Below, one piece after another: positions 17,774 to 27,433 of a DNA stretch of 64,000 nucleotides. The notes under the pieces are model-generated. The model was not told the DNA's origin. It ran no database searches and was given only the letters and a program-made list of their open reading frames with translations. Numbering within the stretch: position 1 is the stretch's first letter; every line of letters begins with the position of its first letter. Location of the stretch: assembly GCA_965250285.1 (NCBI GenBank), contig OZ252299.1, positions 2,048,001-2,112,000 on the forward strand, in the 5' to 3' direction. This DNA is from Myxococcota bacterium. Lineage in GTDB: Bacteria; Myxococcota_A; UBA9160; UBA4427. The position numbers and the translations under genes are program-made.

Positions 17774-19669
17774 ATGCAGACCGACCTGAGTGGCGACGCG
17801 AACGACCTGGAGCGATCCGACCCGCAACGCGCTACGGCGACCTCGCTGCGCGCTCGGCGCGGACGTCTCTCGCTCTTCGCGGTGGCCCTGCTCGGCCTCG
17901 TATCGCTCGGCAGCACGTGCAAGAGCCCCGACGTCACGATCACGAGCCCACCGAACGGTGCGTTCATCGACGCGTCGACGGCGCTCGTCACGGGCCTCGT
18001 CGAAGACGTCGATGTCGAGGAGCTGGTCGACGTGACCGTCAACGGCACGTCGGTGCTGCCGCTGGCCAGCGACGGCTCGTTCGCGACGATCGTGCCGCTC
18101 TCGGCCATCGACCCGTTGAACGGGATCGTCGCCGTCGTCACCACCGTCGATGGTCCGACGCTCCGCGACCGCGTCACGGTCGTGACCGGACCGTCGATCG
18201 CCGACACCGCCCTCCATATGGACAGCGTCGCGCTTCGCCTCACCGAGAGCGGCCTGGACACGATCGAGCCCACCGTCACGAGCCTCGTCGACATCGACCT
18301 CGCGACGCTGCTGCCCCCGGGCACGCTGGTGATAGACAACTTCTGCTATCAGGACACGATCTTCGGCTGCATCGGCCGGGTCGACGTCACCATCCACGGC
18401 AGCCCGCCGCCTTCGATCGGCAGCTACTCGATCGACATCGACCCGCAGTCGAACTTCGTCGAAGGCGACGTGCGCCTGAACGACCTCGACGTCACGGCGC
18501 GGGTGAACGCGGTCACCGGCATCGGCTTCACCTGCTTCATCGACATCGGCGCCAACACGACGGATATCTTCGGCGACTACGGCCTCTCCCCCGACGCACT
18601 CGCGCCGAGCGAGATCGACGTCACGCAGCTCGGCGGCACCTCGGTGTCGTTCGGGGGCTTCTCGGACAGCACCGACTGCAACGGCTTCTTGGGCTTCATC
18701 GTCGAGGCGCTCGTCAACCTCTTCGTCGGGGACGTTCAGGATCTGATGCAGCCGGCTCTCGAGGACTTCCTCGATACGCCTGATGCCGAGGGCAACACGC
18801 CGATCGCGGGCGCGATCGAGACGGCGCTCGCCGGGATCGAGATCGCCGGCCAGGTCGGCGGGCCGCTGGGCGTCGACCTCGAGCTCCCGCTGTTCACCGT
18901 CGATGAGGACACCGGAGGGATCACCTTCGGCAGCGACTCCCGCGTCACGGCCCTCGCACCCGACCCCGCCGCGCCCGACCCGGCAGCGAGCCACGTGGTG
19001 CTCGAGAGCTTTCCGACGTTCGGGCCGACGGCCCCGAACGGCCTGCCCTATCACGTGGCGATGTCGGTCTCGTCGACTGCATTCAACCAGCTGCTGCGCG
19101 CCGAGATCGAGAGCGGGCTGCTGGCGATGCGATTCACCGAGTTCGATCTCGGAACGGGCCTCCTCCCGATCACCGCCGGGCTGCTCTCGGCGCTCGTGCC
19201 CGAGTTCGCCTTCCTCGAGCCCGACGAGCCGCTTCAGCTCGAGCTTGCGCCGGTGACCGCACCGATCCTGACGGGGGCGCCGGGCCCCGACGGCGAACTC
19301 GCCGAGATCGAAGTGAGCCACCTCCTCGTCCGCGTGCTCGACTCGACGGGCGACGTCGTCTTCATCGAGGCGGCCATCGACCTCTCGGTCGGACTCGATC
19401 TGAGCCTCGCCGGCGGCGCGCTCGGCGCCGTGATCGGCGCCCCGCCCGCCGAGGACATCGGTGCGACCGTGCTCGTCAATCGAATGGGCACAGCCGACGT
19501 GACGCTCGACGCGCTGGTCCCTCTGCTCGTGAGCGTCGCCCTGCCGCAGCTCGCCGGATCGATCGGCAGCTTCCCTCTGCCGACGTTCCTCGATCTCGAC
19601 CTCGTGCTCGTCGACGCCGATCGACAGGGTGACTTCATGACCCTCTTCCTCGACTTCGCGCCGCTTTGA
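17774..19669 (+). CDS. Large lipoprotein: Ig-like domain plus putative BPI/LBP-like lipid-binding region (start uncertain)
   Basis: Lipobox-like LGSTC; VTITSPPNG Ig-like start; VALRLTESGLD and MSVSSTAFNQLL motifs. Confidence 0.6.
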   Translation: MQTDLSGDANDLERSDPQRATATSLRARRGRLSLFAVALLGLVSLGSTCKSPDVTITSPPNGAFIDASTALVTGLVEDVDVEELVDVTVNGTSVLPLASDGSFATIVPLSAIDPLNGIVAVVTTVDGPTLRDRVTVVTGPSIADTALHMDSVALRLTESGLDTIEPTVTSLVDIDLATLLPPGTLVIDNFCYQDTIFGCIGRVDVTIHGSPPPSIGSYSIDIDPQSNFVEGDVRLNDLDVTARVNAVTGIGFTCFIDIGANTTDIFGDYGLSPDALAPSEIDVTQLGGTSVSFGGFSDSTDCNGFLGFIVEALVNLFVGDVQDLMQPALEDFLDTPDAEGNTPIAGAIETALAGIEIAGQVGGPLGVDLELPLFTVDEDTGGITFGSDSRVTALAPDPAAPDPAASHVVLESFPTFGPTAPNGLPYHVAMSVSSTAFNQLLRAEIESGLLAMRFTEFDLGTGLLPITAGLLSALVPEFAFLEPDEPLQLELAPVTAPILTGAPGPDGELAEIEVSHLLVRVLDSTGDVVFIEAAIDLSVGLDLSLAGGALGAVIGAPPAEDIGATVLVNRMGTADVTLDALVPLLVSVALPQLAGSIGSFPLPTFLDLDLVLVDADRQGDFMTLFLDFAPL

Positions 19670-19788
19670 GTCGCGCGCACGTCGCTGATCGATCGCCCCG
19701 AACGACGGAGTCCCCGATGCCCCGCTGCCTGCTCTCGACGCTGTTGACCCCGTTGGCTCCGATGCAGGCGCTTCGCTCGGTCTCGGTG

Positions 19789-20664
19789 ATGGCCTCCATC
19801 GCCTCCCCGTGCGCCTTCGCGCTCGCCTCCCCAATCGCCTTCGCGCTCGCCCTCGCCCTCACGCCGGCCCTCGCCCCGGCGGCGCAGGCCGAGATCGCCA
19901 CCTGGCAGACCGATGCCGCCGTCGGACCGAGCGAGGTGAGCTACACGCTCAGCTTCACGTGCACGGGGCCAGCGGCGGTCTGCGATCCGCTGAACGCCTA
20001 CTCCGATACCCAGATCTCGACCCTCGGCGGCGCGGCCACGCTGCAGCTCGACCCGGTCGCCGACACGCTGCAGTTCGACCCCGATGGCACCGTGGATCTG
20101 GGCGATGGGATGGGGCCGGTGCCGACCCACCTGGCACTGAGCGGCAGCGACATGACCTTCGCCGGGCTCGCACTCTTCGGCATCCCCGAGGTCGAGAGCC
20201 CGCTCGTGTTCAGCGTCGATCAACCGCTGATCCCGCTGACCGGCCTCGAGCTGCTGCCGCCCGGCACCTACCCGATCAGCTCGACGATGAGCTGGGGCGG
20301 GGTCGCCAACGTCGTGGGCGACCTCGCGCTGCTGATCCCCGAGATCGTCGTCACACCGGCGCCCGTCGCCGTGACGGGCACGCTCGAGATCCTCGGCGAC
20401 GTCGACACCGACGGCCTCATCGAGTTCGAGATCCGGAACCTGCAGGCGACGACGAGCTCGACCGACCAGTACGTCGAGGGGACGATCGTGGTCGACGTCG
20501 AGGTCACGGCGGTGCTCGTCGCCCACCTCTCGGGCGAGGTCGCCGGCACGGTGCCGCCCGTGCCGCTCCTCACGCCGCCCACGCTCGCCGCGCTCTGCGC
20601 ACTGCTCGCGGCCGGCGGCGCCGCGCGGCTGACCGGGCGGCAGCGGCGCGACTTTGTGGCGTGA
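19789..20664 (+). CDS. Exported protein with C-terminal IPTL/PEP-CTERM-like sorting signal (start uncertain)
   Basis: Signal peptide ending AAQA; C-terminal VPLLTPPTLAALCALLAAGG...RQRR. Confidence 0.65.
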   Translation: MASIASPCAFALASPIAFALALALTPALAPAAQAEIATWQTDAAVGPSEVSYTLSFTCTGPAAVCDPLNAYSDTQISTLGGAATLQLDPVADTLQFDPDGTVDLGDGMGPVPTHLALSGSDMTFAGLALFGIPEVESPLVFSVDQPLIPLTGLELLPPGTYPISSTMSWGGVANVVGDLALLIPEIVVTPAPVAVTGTLEILGDVDTDGLIEFEIRNLQATTSSTDQYVEGTIVVDVEVTAVLVAHLSGEVAGTVPPVPLLTPPTLAALCALLAAGGAARLTGRQRRDFVA

Positions 20665-20675
20665 GCCCGAAACGA

Positions 20676-20709
20676 AAGCACCCCCCGTCGTTCACGACGG
20701 GGGGTGCTT
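20676..20709. terminator. Bidirectional terminator hairpin
   Basis: AAGCACCCCCCGTCG-TTCA-CGACGGGGGGTGCTT 15-bp stem between convergent genes. Confidence 0.8.
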
Positions 20710-20753
20710 CGAATCTCGGGGGGCGTCTCGGCGGCAATCCGCCGGACGCGACG

Positions 20754-20945
20754 CTACTTCTCGAGCGTGATGGCCTGGCGGGGGCAGAGGCGCGCGGCCT
20801 CTTCGGCCTTGGCCTGGAGATCCGCCGGCACGTCCTCCATGAGCAACGTCAGGGTGTCGTCCTCTTCGACCCGGAAGATCTCCGGCGCCGCGTCCATGCA
20901 CAGCGCGTTGGCCTCGCACAGGTCGTAATCCACCACCACCTTCAT
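20754..20945 (-). CDS. Ferredoxin (FdxD-like, single cluster)
   Basis: MKVVVDYDLCEANALC...APEIF...CPRQAI. Confidence 0.9.
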   Translation of the reverse strand: MKVVVDYDLCEANALCMDAAPEIFRVEEDDTLTLLMEDVPADLQAKAEEAARLCPRQAITLEK

Positions 20946-21250
20946 CGAACTCTCCTCGATCCCCTCTGCGGATCCTGAGCGGATCCTCGCTGGCTCCCAG
21001 CCCGCATCCAGGGCCGGGTCTGGCTCGGCCGCGAGGGCCGATGCGCTTCGCTCGAGACGGGTCCCTGCTCGAACACGGCGAAGCCTAACTCATCCCAGGG
21101 GGCAACGCCGTGTTGCCTTCGCGAGAAAGCCACCGACCGGGTCGCCGTGACTTCGAAGTTCGACCGCTTCACCGATCTCGGGCTCGCAACGATCCCGGCG
21201 CTCCTCGCTTGTTCATCTTGTCAGCGCGTCGAGCGCGCGGCAGACTCGAT

Positions 21251-21264
21251 TAGAACACGTTTCA
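21251..21264. promoter_or_regulatory. KstR-type operator
   Basis: TAGAACACGTTTCA = TnnAACnnGTTnnA in the divergent ferredoxin/acyl-CoA dehydrogenase intergenic region. Confidence 0.8.
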
Positions 21265-21284
21265 ACACGCCCGAACCCGAAGCA

Positions 21285-21345
21285 CGTGGCACGCACGTGA
21301 ATGCGTGGCACGCACGTGAATGCGTGGCACGCACATGAACGCGTG
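21285..21345. repeat. 19-bp tandem repeat x3
   Basis: CGTGGCACGCACGTGAATG at 21285 and 21304; variant at 21323. Confidence 0.85.
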
Positions 21346-21361
21346 AATTGAGGAAGAGCCG

Positions 21362-22537
21362 ATGCACATCGACTTCACCCCCGAGCAGAAGAAGCTGCGC
21401 GACGAGATGCGCGCCTACATGAAGGAGCTCATGACACCCGAGCTCAAGGCCGAGCTCACGAGCGGCACCGAAGGTGGCGGCCCCGAGTACATGAAGGCGA
21501 TGCGCAAGCTCGGCGTCGACGGGATGCTCGGCCAGGGCTGGCCCAAGGAGTGGGGTGGTCAGGACCGTTCGGCGATCGAGCAGTTCATCTTCGCCGACGA
21601 GATCCAGACCGTCGGGTTCCCCCTGCCCTTCCTCACGCTCAACACCGTCGGGCCGACGCTGCGCGAGCACGGCACCGACGAACAGAAGGACTACTTCTGC
21701 AAGCGCATTCTCGCGGGCGAGGTGCACTTCGCGATCGGCTACAGCGAGCCGGACGCCGGCACCGATCTCGCGTCACTGCGCACGACCGCCAGGCGGGAAG
21801 GCGACGAGTGGGTGATCAACGGACAGAAGATGTGGACGAGCCTGGCAGGCCACGCCGACTACATCTGGCTCGCCGCTCGGACCGACCCCGATGCGAAGAA
21901 GCACCGCGGCATCTCGATGTTCCTCGTGCCCACCGACGCCGAGGGCTTCGAGTACCGGCCGATCCAAACGGTCGGCGGCGTGACGACGAACGCCACGTTC
22001 TACGACGACGTCCGCGTGCCCGCCGAGGCGCTGATCGGCGGCGAGAACAACGGCTGGCGTCTGATCACCGGGCAGCTCAACCACGAGCGCATCTCGCTGA
22101 TGAGCGTGGGGCCGATGCGACGCAACCTGCGCGATGTGGTCGAGTGGGCACGCGAGACGACGCACGGCTCGGGCAAGGTCATCGACCTGCCGTGGGTACA
22201 GAGCAACCTCGCGCGCGTGTACGCGAAGCTCCAGGTACTGCGACTGATGAACTGGAAGCAGGCCTGGGCAGCCACGCACGGGCAGCCGAACCCGGCCGTC
22301 GCGTCGGCGATCAAGGTCTATGGCAGCGAGCTCAACATCGAGGCCTACCGACTCTTGCTCGAGGTGCTCGGACCGCAAGCGACCCTGCGCAAGGGCAGCG
22401 AGACGGCGGCGCTCGAGGGCCGCATCGACTCGGCCTACCGCAACGGGCTGATCCTCACGTTCGGCGGCGGCACCAACGAGGTGCAGCGCGACATCATCGC
22501 GATGGCCGGCCTCGGGATGCCCCACTACAAGGATTGA
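21362..22537 (+). CDS. Acyl-CoA dehydrogenase, FadE26/ChsE4-like (steroid side chain)
   Basis: FAIGYSEPDAGTDLASL, NGQKMWTSL, KHRGIS, QLNHER, LTFGGGTNEVQRDII. Confidence 0.88.
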   Translation: MHIDFTPEQKKLRDEMRAYMKELMTPELKAELTSGTEGGGPEYMKAMRKLGVDGMLGQGWPKEWGGQDRSAIEQFIFADEIQTVGFPLPFLTLNTVGPTLREHGTDEQKDYFCKRILAGEVHFAIGYSEPDAGTDLASLRTTARREGDEWVINGQKMWTSLAGHADYIWLAARTDPDAKKHRGISMFLVPTDAEGFEYRPIQTVGGVTTNATFYDDVRVPAEALIGGENNGWRLITGQLNHERISLMSVGPMRRNLRDVVEWARETTHGSGKVIDLPWVQSNLARVYAKLQVLRLMNWKQAWAATHGQPNPAVASAIKVYGSELNIEAYRLLLEVLGPQATLRKGSETAALEGRIDSAYRNGLILTFGGGTNEVQRDIIAMAGLGMPHYKD

Positions 22538-22576
22538 TCGCGATCGCTGCGTGGCAGCGGTCGCAGGAGAGCGAAC

Positions 22577-23710
22577 ATGGACTGGAACTTCAGCGAAGAG
22601 CAGACGCAGGTACGCGACCTCGCTCGTCAGATCCTGACCGACAAGGTCACCAACGACAGCCTCAAAGATCACTTCGCCGGCCGAGCTGACGTGACCGCGC
22701 CGGTGTGGCAGGCGCTCGCCGATGCCAACCTGCTCGGCGTGGCGATTCCCGAAGCGTATGGCGGCGTGGGGATGGATTTTCTGACCCTCGCCCTCGTCGC
22801 CACCGAACAGGGACGCACGGTGGCTCCCGTGCCGATCTGGTCGACGCTCGTGCAGGCCGGCATGACGATCCTGACCCATGGCGACGATGCGCAGAAGCAG
22901 GCCTGGCTGCCGGCCATCGCCGAAGGGCGCGCCGTCTTGAGCGCCGCCCTGGTCGAGCTCGGCGCCGACGACGCGCTGCGTCCCCACACGACGGCGAAGG
23001 CCGATGGCGACGTGTTCGTGCTCGACGGCGAGAAGTTCCAGGTGCCCGACGCCGAGCAGGCGAGCGCGATCCTCGTCCCCGCCTCGACCGACGACGGTCG
23101 GGTGGGGGTGTTCCTGCTCGACCCGTCGAGCGACGGCGTATCGATGGAGACACTCAAGGCGTCGAGCGGTACGCCCCACGCGAACCTGCGCCTCGAAGGC
23201 GTGCGCGTGCCGGCGAGCGCCCTCCTCGGCCCGCTGGACGCAGAGGCGACGGTGCTCTCGACGCTGCGGGCGTACGCGGTCGCCGGCCTCTGCGCGATGC
23301 AGCTCGGCGTGACCGAGCGCGCGCTCGAGATGACGGCCGAGTACTCGCGCGATCGCGTGCAGTTCGAGCGGCCGATCGGCAGCTTCCAGGCCGTGCACCA
23401 GCGCGCCGCGGATGCGTACATCATGACCGAGGGCGTACGCATCGCGACGCTCGAGCTCTGCTGGCGGCTGACCGAAGGGCTCGACGTGACCGAGCACGTG
23501 CCAGTCGCGAAGTTCTGGGCCGCCGAGGGCGGCCAGTACACTTCGTACGCCTGCCAGCACCTGCACGGCGGCATCGGCATCGACATGGACTACCCGCTGC
23601 ATCGCTACTTCGAGTGGGCGATTCAGATCGAGCACAGCCTGGGCGCCGCCCACGCGGTGCTGACCGACCTCGGCGCGCACATCGCGGAGCACGGCCTGAG
23701 CGAGTTCTGA
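22577..23710 (+). CDS. Acyl-CoA dehydrogenase partner subunit, FadE27/ChsE5-like
   Basis: QFERPIGSFQAV, HLHGGIGIDMDYPLHRYF; tandem with the FadE26-like gene (heterotetramer arrangement). Confidence 0.85.
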   Translation: MDWNFSEEQTQVRDLARQILTDKVTNDSLKDHFAGRADVTAPVWQALADANLLGVAIPEAYGGVGMDFLTLALVATEQGRTVAPVPIWSTLVQAGMTILTHGDDAQKQAWLPAIAEGRAVLSAALVELGADDALRPHTTAKADGDVFVLDGEKFQVPDAEQASAILVPASTDDGRVGVFLLDPSSDGVSMETLKASSGTPHANLRLEGVRVPASALLGPLDAEATVLSTLRAYAVAGLCAMQLGVTERALEMTAEYSRDRVQFERPIGSFQAVHQRAADAYIMTEGVRIATLELCWRLTEGLDVTEHVPVAKFWAAEGGQYTSYACQHLHGGIGIDMDYPLHRYFEWAIQIEHSLGAAHAVLTDLGAHIAEHGLSEF

Positions 23711-23803
23711 CATACGCCGCGCCGATGCGGCCCCGAAGCACCGCACACGTTCGCCGAAGCCAGCGTGTACGATAGAGTGCGGTGACGTCTTGGGGGGTCG
23801 GTC

Positions 23804-24241
23804 ATGCCGTGGTGGGGTTGGATCGCGATCGGAACGCTGATGCTCACCGCCGAGCTCGCGTTCGTCGACGCCGAGTTCTTTCTGGTGTTCCTCGGCGTCT
23901 CCGCGCTGCTCGTCGGCTCCGTCGAGCTTGCAGGCGTGTCGCTCGCGTGGTGGGCCCAGTGGCTGATCTTCGCGGGCCTCTCCGTCGGCTCCCTCGTCAT
24001 TTTTCGACAGCGCGTGTATGTGCTCATGCGCCCACCGCCCGACGAAGAGGTGCCCGAGGGCGTGACCGGCGATGTCGGGCGCGCGATCGCCGCCATCGAG
24101 CCCGGCGCGAGCGGCCGCATCGAGCTGCGCGGGTCACCCTGGAGCGCGATCAACGACGGGGAAAGAGCGATCGAGGCGGGCGCTCGCTGCACCGTCGTGC
24201 GTGCCGACGGCCTCACTCTTCACGTCCGATCCGCCGACTGA
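23804..24241 (+). CDS. NfeD family membrane protein
   Basis: N-terminal TMs; GRIELRGSPWSA OB-fold; next to an SPFH gene. Confidence 0.85.
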   Translation: MPWWGWIAIGTLMLTAELAFVDAEFFLVFLGVSALLVGSVELAGVSLAWWAQWLIFAGLSVGSLVIFRQRVYVLMRPPPDEEVPEGVTGDVGRAIAAIEPGASGRIELRGSPWSAINDGERAIEAGARCTVVRADGLTLHVRSAD

Positions 24242-24278
24242 CGCACCTCAGATCTCAAGACGCCGAAGGAGCCGCACG

Positions 24279-25265
24279 ATGGAGCTGAACTTCTTTACTT
24301 TCGCCGTCATTGGCGTGGTCATCTTCGCCATCGTGCTCGTGGCCCGTACGGCCACCGTCGTGCCCCAACAGAGCGCCTACGTCGTGGAGAACCTCGGCAA
24401 ATACAGCCGCACGCTGCGCGCCGGGTTCCACATCCTGATCCCCTTCATCGAGCGTGTCGCGTACAAGCACTCGCTCAAGGAGATCGCGATCGACGTCCAG
24501 GAGCAGATCTGCATCACGAAGGACAACGTGCAGGTCGGCGTCGACGGTGTCCTGTATCTGCAGATCATGGATGCACAGCGGGCGTCCTACGGCATCCACG
24601 ACTACGTCTTCGCCATCTCCCAGCTCGCGCAGACGACGCTCCGCAGCGAGATCGGCAAGATCGACCTCGACCGCACGTTCGAGGAGCGCGGCCACATCAA
24701 CTCGAACGTCGTTCGCGAGCTCGACCTCGCGAGCGACCCGTGGGGCGTGAAGGTGCTGCGCTACGAGATCCGCAACATCAACCCGCCGACCGACGTGATC
24801 GAGGCAATGGAGAAGCAGATGCGCGCCGAGCGCGAGAAGCGCGCGGTGATCCTCGAGTCAGAGGGCGCGCGTGACTCCGAGATCAACCGCGCCGAGGGCG
24901 AGAAGCAGAAGGTGATCAAGGAGTCCGAGGCCAGCCGGCAGCAGCAGATCAACGAGGCGGAGGGTCAGGCCCAGGCGATCCTCGCGATCGCGAACGCGAC
25001 CGCCGGCGGCCTCCGCGAGATCGCGGGCGCCGTCAGCGTGCCCGGTGGCAACGAGGCGCTGCAGCTGCGCGTCGCCGAGCAGTACGTCACGCAGTTCGGC
25101 CAGCTGGCCAAGGAGGGCAACACATTGGTGGTGCCGGCCAACCTGACCGATGTGTCGTCGATGCTCGCTCTGGCGACGAAGATCCTGAGGGACGACGACG
25201 AACCCGACCCGTCGCCTCCCAGCCCTCCCCGACCGCCTGCACTGCAGCCGTTCGGCGAGGGCTGA
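24279..25265 (+). CDS. SPFH/stomatin-like protein
   Basis: VVENLGKY, QICITKDNV, QTTLRSEIG, WGVKVLRYEI, MEKQMRAERE. Confidence 0.92.
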   Translation: MELNFFTFAVIGVVIFAIVLVARTATVVPQQSAYVVENLGKYSRTLRAGFHILIPFIERVAYKHSLKEIAIDVQEQICITKDNVQVGVDGVLYLQIMDAQRASYGIHDYVFAISQLAQTTLRSEIGKIDLDRTFEERGHINSNVVRELDLASDPWGVKVLRYEIRNINPPTDVIEAMEKQMRAEREKRAVILESEGARDSEINRAEGEKQKVIKESEASRQQQINEAEGQAQAILAIANATAGGLREIAGAVSVPGGNEALQLRVAEQYVTQFGQLAKEGNTLVVPANLTDVSSMLALATKILRDDDEPDPSPPSPPRPPALQPFGEG

Positions 25266-25281
25266 GGAGCACAGCCCCCGG

Positions 25282-26196
25282 CTACATCGGCGGGACGATG
25301 AAGCTGTCGGCGATCGGCTGCTTGTCGGCAAAGTGCTTCGTGAGCACGGCGTCGACGCTGTCGTGGGTCCACGCGTCCTCCGAGTTGAACTCGGCAGCGC
25401 GACCCGGTGCCTCGAGCAGCGCGATCTGCTTGCCCCACACGATGAACACGTTGCCCGAGATGTTCTGCGAGGCCGGCGAAGCCAGATAGGTCACGAGCGG
25501 CGCCGCGTGCTCGGGCGAGAACGTGTCGAAGCCCTCTTCGGGCTTGGCGAACATCTGCCCGGTGATCCCGCCGGCGGTCATCGCCGTGCGAGCGCGCGGC
25601 ATGAACGAATTCGCGGTGACGCCGTACTTCGCCATGGCCTGGGCGGCCGAGTTCGTCATCGCGACGATGCCGGCCTTGGCGGCGGCGTAGTTCGGCTGGC
25701 CGGCCGAGCCGAAGATGAAGGCCTCGGAGGCCGTGCTGATCAGGCGGCCATACACGTCCTCACCCGCCTTGCCCTTGTTGCGCCAGTACTCGGTGGCGTG
25801 GCGCATGCTGCAGAAGTGCCCCTTGAGGTGCACGTTCACGACCGCGTCGAACTCCTCTTCGCTCATCGAGAAGATCATCTTGTCGCGGCAGAAGCCGGCG
25901 TTGTTCACGAGGATGTTGAGATCGCCGAACGTGTCGACGGCGCACTCGATCATCGCCTTCGAGTCGTCCCAGCTCGTCACGTCGCCATAGTGGGCGACGG
26001 CCTCGCCGCCCGCGGCCTTGATCTCATCGACCACGCTCTGACCGGCGGACTGATCATGGCCCGTGCCCTCGGCCGACACGCCGAGATCGTTCACCACCAC
26101 CTTCGCGCCCTGGGCAGCCAGGGCGAGCGCCTCTTCGCGCCCGAGGCCACGACCGGCCCCGGTCACCACGGCGACCTTTCCTTCGAGACTCGACAT
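25282..26196 (-). CDS. SDR oxidoreductase, Hsd4A-like
   Basis: TGAGRGLG, NNAG, YWR...VYGRLISTASEA, YAAAK, PRARTAMT. Confidence 0.85.
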   Translation of the reverse strand: MSSLEGKVAVVTGAGRGLGREEALALAAQGAKVVVNDLGVSAEGTGHDQSAGQSVVDEIKAAGGEAVAHYGDVTSWDDSKAMIECAVDTFGDLNILVNNAGFCRDKMIFSMSEEEFDAVVNVHLKGHFCSMRHATEYWRNKGKAGEDVYGRLISTASEAFIFGSAGQPNYAAAKAGIVAMTNSAAQAMAKYGVTANSFMPRARTAMTAGGITGQMFAKPEEGFDTFSPEHAAPLVTYLASPASQNISGNVFIVWGKQIALLEAPGRAAEFNSEDAWTHDSVDAVLTKHFADKQPIADSFIVPPM

Positions 26197-26257
26197 TGCT
26201 CTGCTCCTCGGCCGCGACTGTCGCGCGGCCCTGAATGCGTCGTTTTCCGATCTCGGC

Positions 26258-27433
26258 TCAGATGCGCTCGAGGATCGTGCCCGTCCCCACCGAAGCGCCA
26301 CAGCACATGCTGATGAACGCCGTGCCCTGCCCCGTTCGCTCGAGCTCGTGCAGCGCGGTCACGATCAGGCGCGAGCCGGTGCAGCCGACGGGGTGGCCGA
26401 GCGAGATCGCCCCGCCGTTCACGTTGACCTTCGCCATGTCGGGCTCGTAGACCTGGGCCCACGAGAGCACGACGCCCGCGAAGGCTTCGTTGACCTCGAA
26501 CAGATCGAAGTCACTGATCTGCATACCCGACTTCTTGAGGATCAGCTCGGTCGCATCGACGGGGCCATCGAGCAGGAAGTACGGGTCAGTGCCGGCGAGC
26601 ACGTCGAAGAGGATGCGAGCCCGGGGCTTGAGGCCGAGCGACTCGGCCTTCTCCTGCGACATCCACAGCACGGCGGCCGCACCATCGCTGATCTGCGATG
26701 CGTTGCCCGGCGTGTGGACGCCCCCCTCGACGACGGCGTTGAGGGCGGCGAGGCCCTCGGCCGTCGTGTCGCGGATCCCCTGATCCTGGGTGATGCGTTT
26801 CGTCTCGCCCGTGGGTGCGCCGTCGTCGCCGAGCACCGGCGCTTCGATCGGCATGATCTCTCGCTCGAAGCGACCCTCGTCGCGGGCGACCTTGGCGCGC
26901 TGCTGGCTCTGCAGCGCGAATGCGTCGACGTCGTCGCGCTTGAGACCGCGCTTCTGGATGATGCGCTCGACGGCCGTGAACTGGTCGGGGGTCGAATCCC
27001 AGGGCCAGTCGGCGGGCTGAAAGAAGCCCGGGCCGTTGTAGACGTTCGCGCCGAGGCCGACGTGGCTCATCTGCTCGACACCGCACGCGATGCCGCAGTC
27101 GATCGAGCCCGCCTTGATCATCGCGTTGACGAAGTGGTTGGCCTGCTGCCCCGATCCACACTGCGTATCGATGCTCGTCGCACCGACCCGCCAGGTATCG
27201 CCCTTGTTGAGCCAGGCGTTGCGCGTGACGTTGCCCGACTGCTCGCCCGCCTGCGTCACGCAGCCGCCGACGATCTGCTCGAGCTCGCTCGGGTCGACCC
27301 CGGCCTTCTCGAGCACGCCCCACTGCGCGTGCTGCAGCAGCTGAGCCGCGTGAAAGCCCGACAGATCCCCCTTGCCCATCTTGCCCCGGGCGATCGGCGT
27401 GCGGAGGGCTTCGACGATGACTGCTTCTCTCAT
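26258..27433 (-). CDS. fadA5: Steroid 3-ketoacyl-CoA thiolase, FadA5-like
   Basis: GGCVTQAGEQS, QCGSGQQANH, SQISDGAAAVLWM, LDGPV, NEAFA.VVLSWA, GHPVGCTGSRL, TILERI closely resemble mycobacterial FadA5 (from recall). Confidence 0.82.
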   Translation of the reverse strand: MREAVIVEALRTPIARGKMGKGDLSGFHAAQLLQHAQWGVLEKAGVDPSELEQIVGGCVTQAGEQSGNVTRNAWLNKGDTWRVGATSIDTQCGSGQQANHFVNAMIKAGSIDCGIACGVEQMSHVGLGANVYNGPGFFQPADWPWDSTPDQFTAVERIIQKRGLKRDDVDAFALQSQQRAKVARDEGRFEREIMPIEAPVLGDDGAPTGETKRITQDQGIRDTTAEGLAALNAVVEGGVHTPGNASQISDGAAAVLWMSQEKAESLGLKPRARILFDVLAGTDPYFLLDGPVDATELILKKSGMQISDFDLFEVNEAFAGVVLSWAQVYEPDMAKVNVNGGAISLGHPVGCTGSRLIVTALHELERTGQGTAFISMCCGASVGTGTILERI

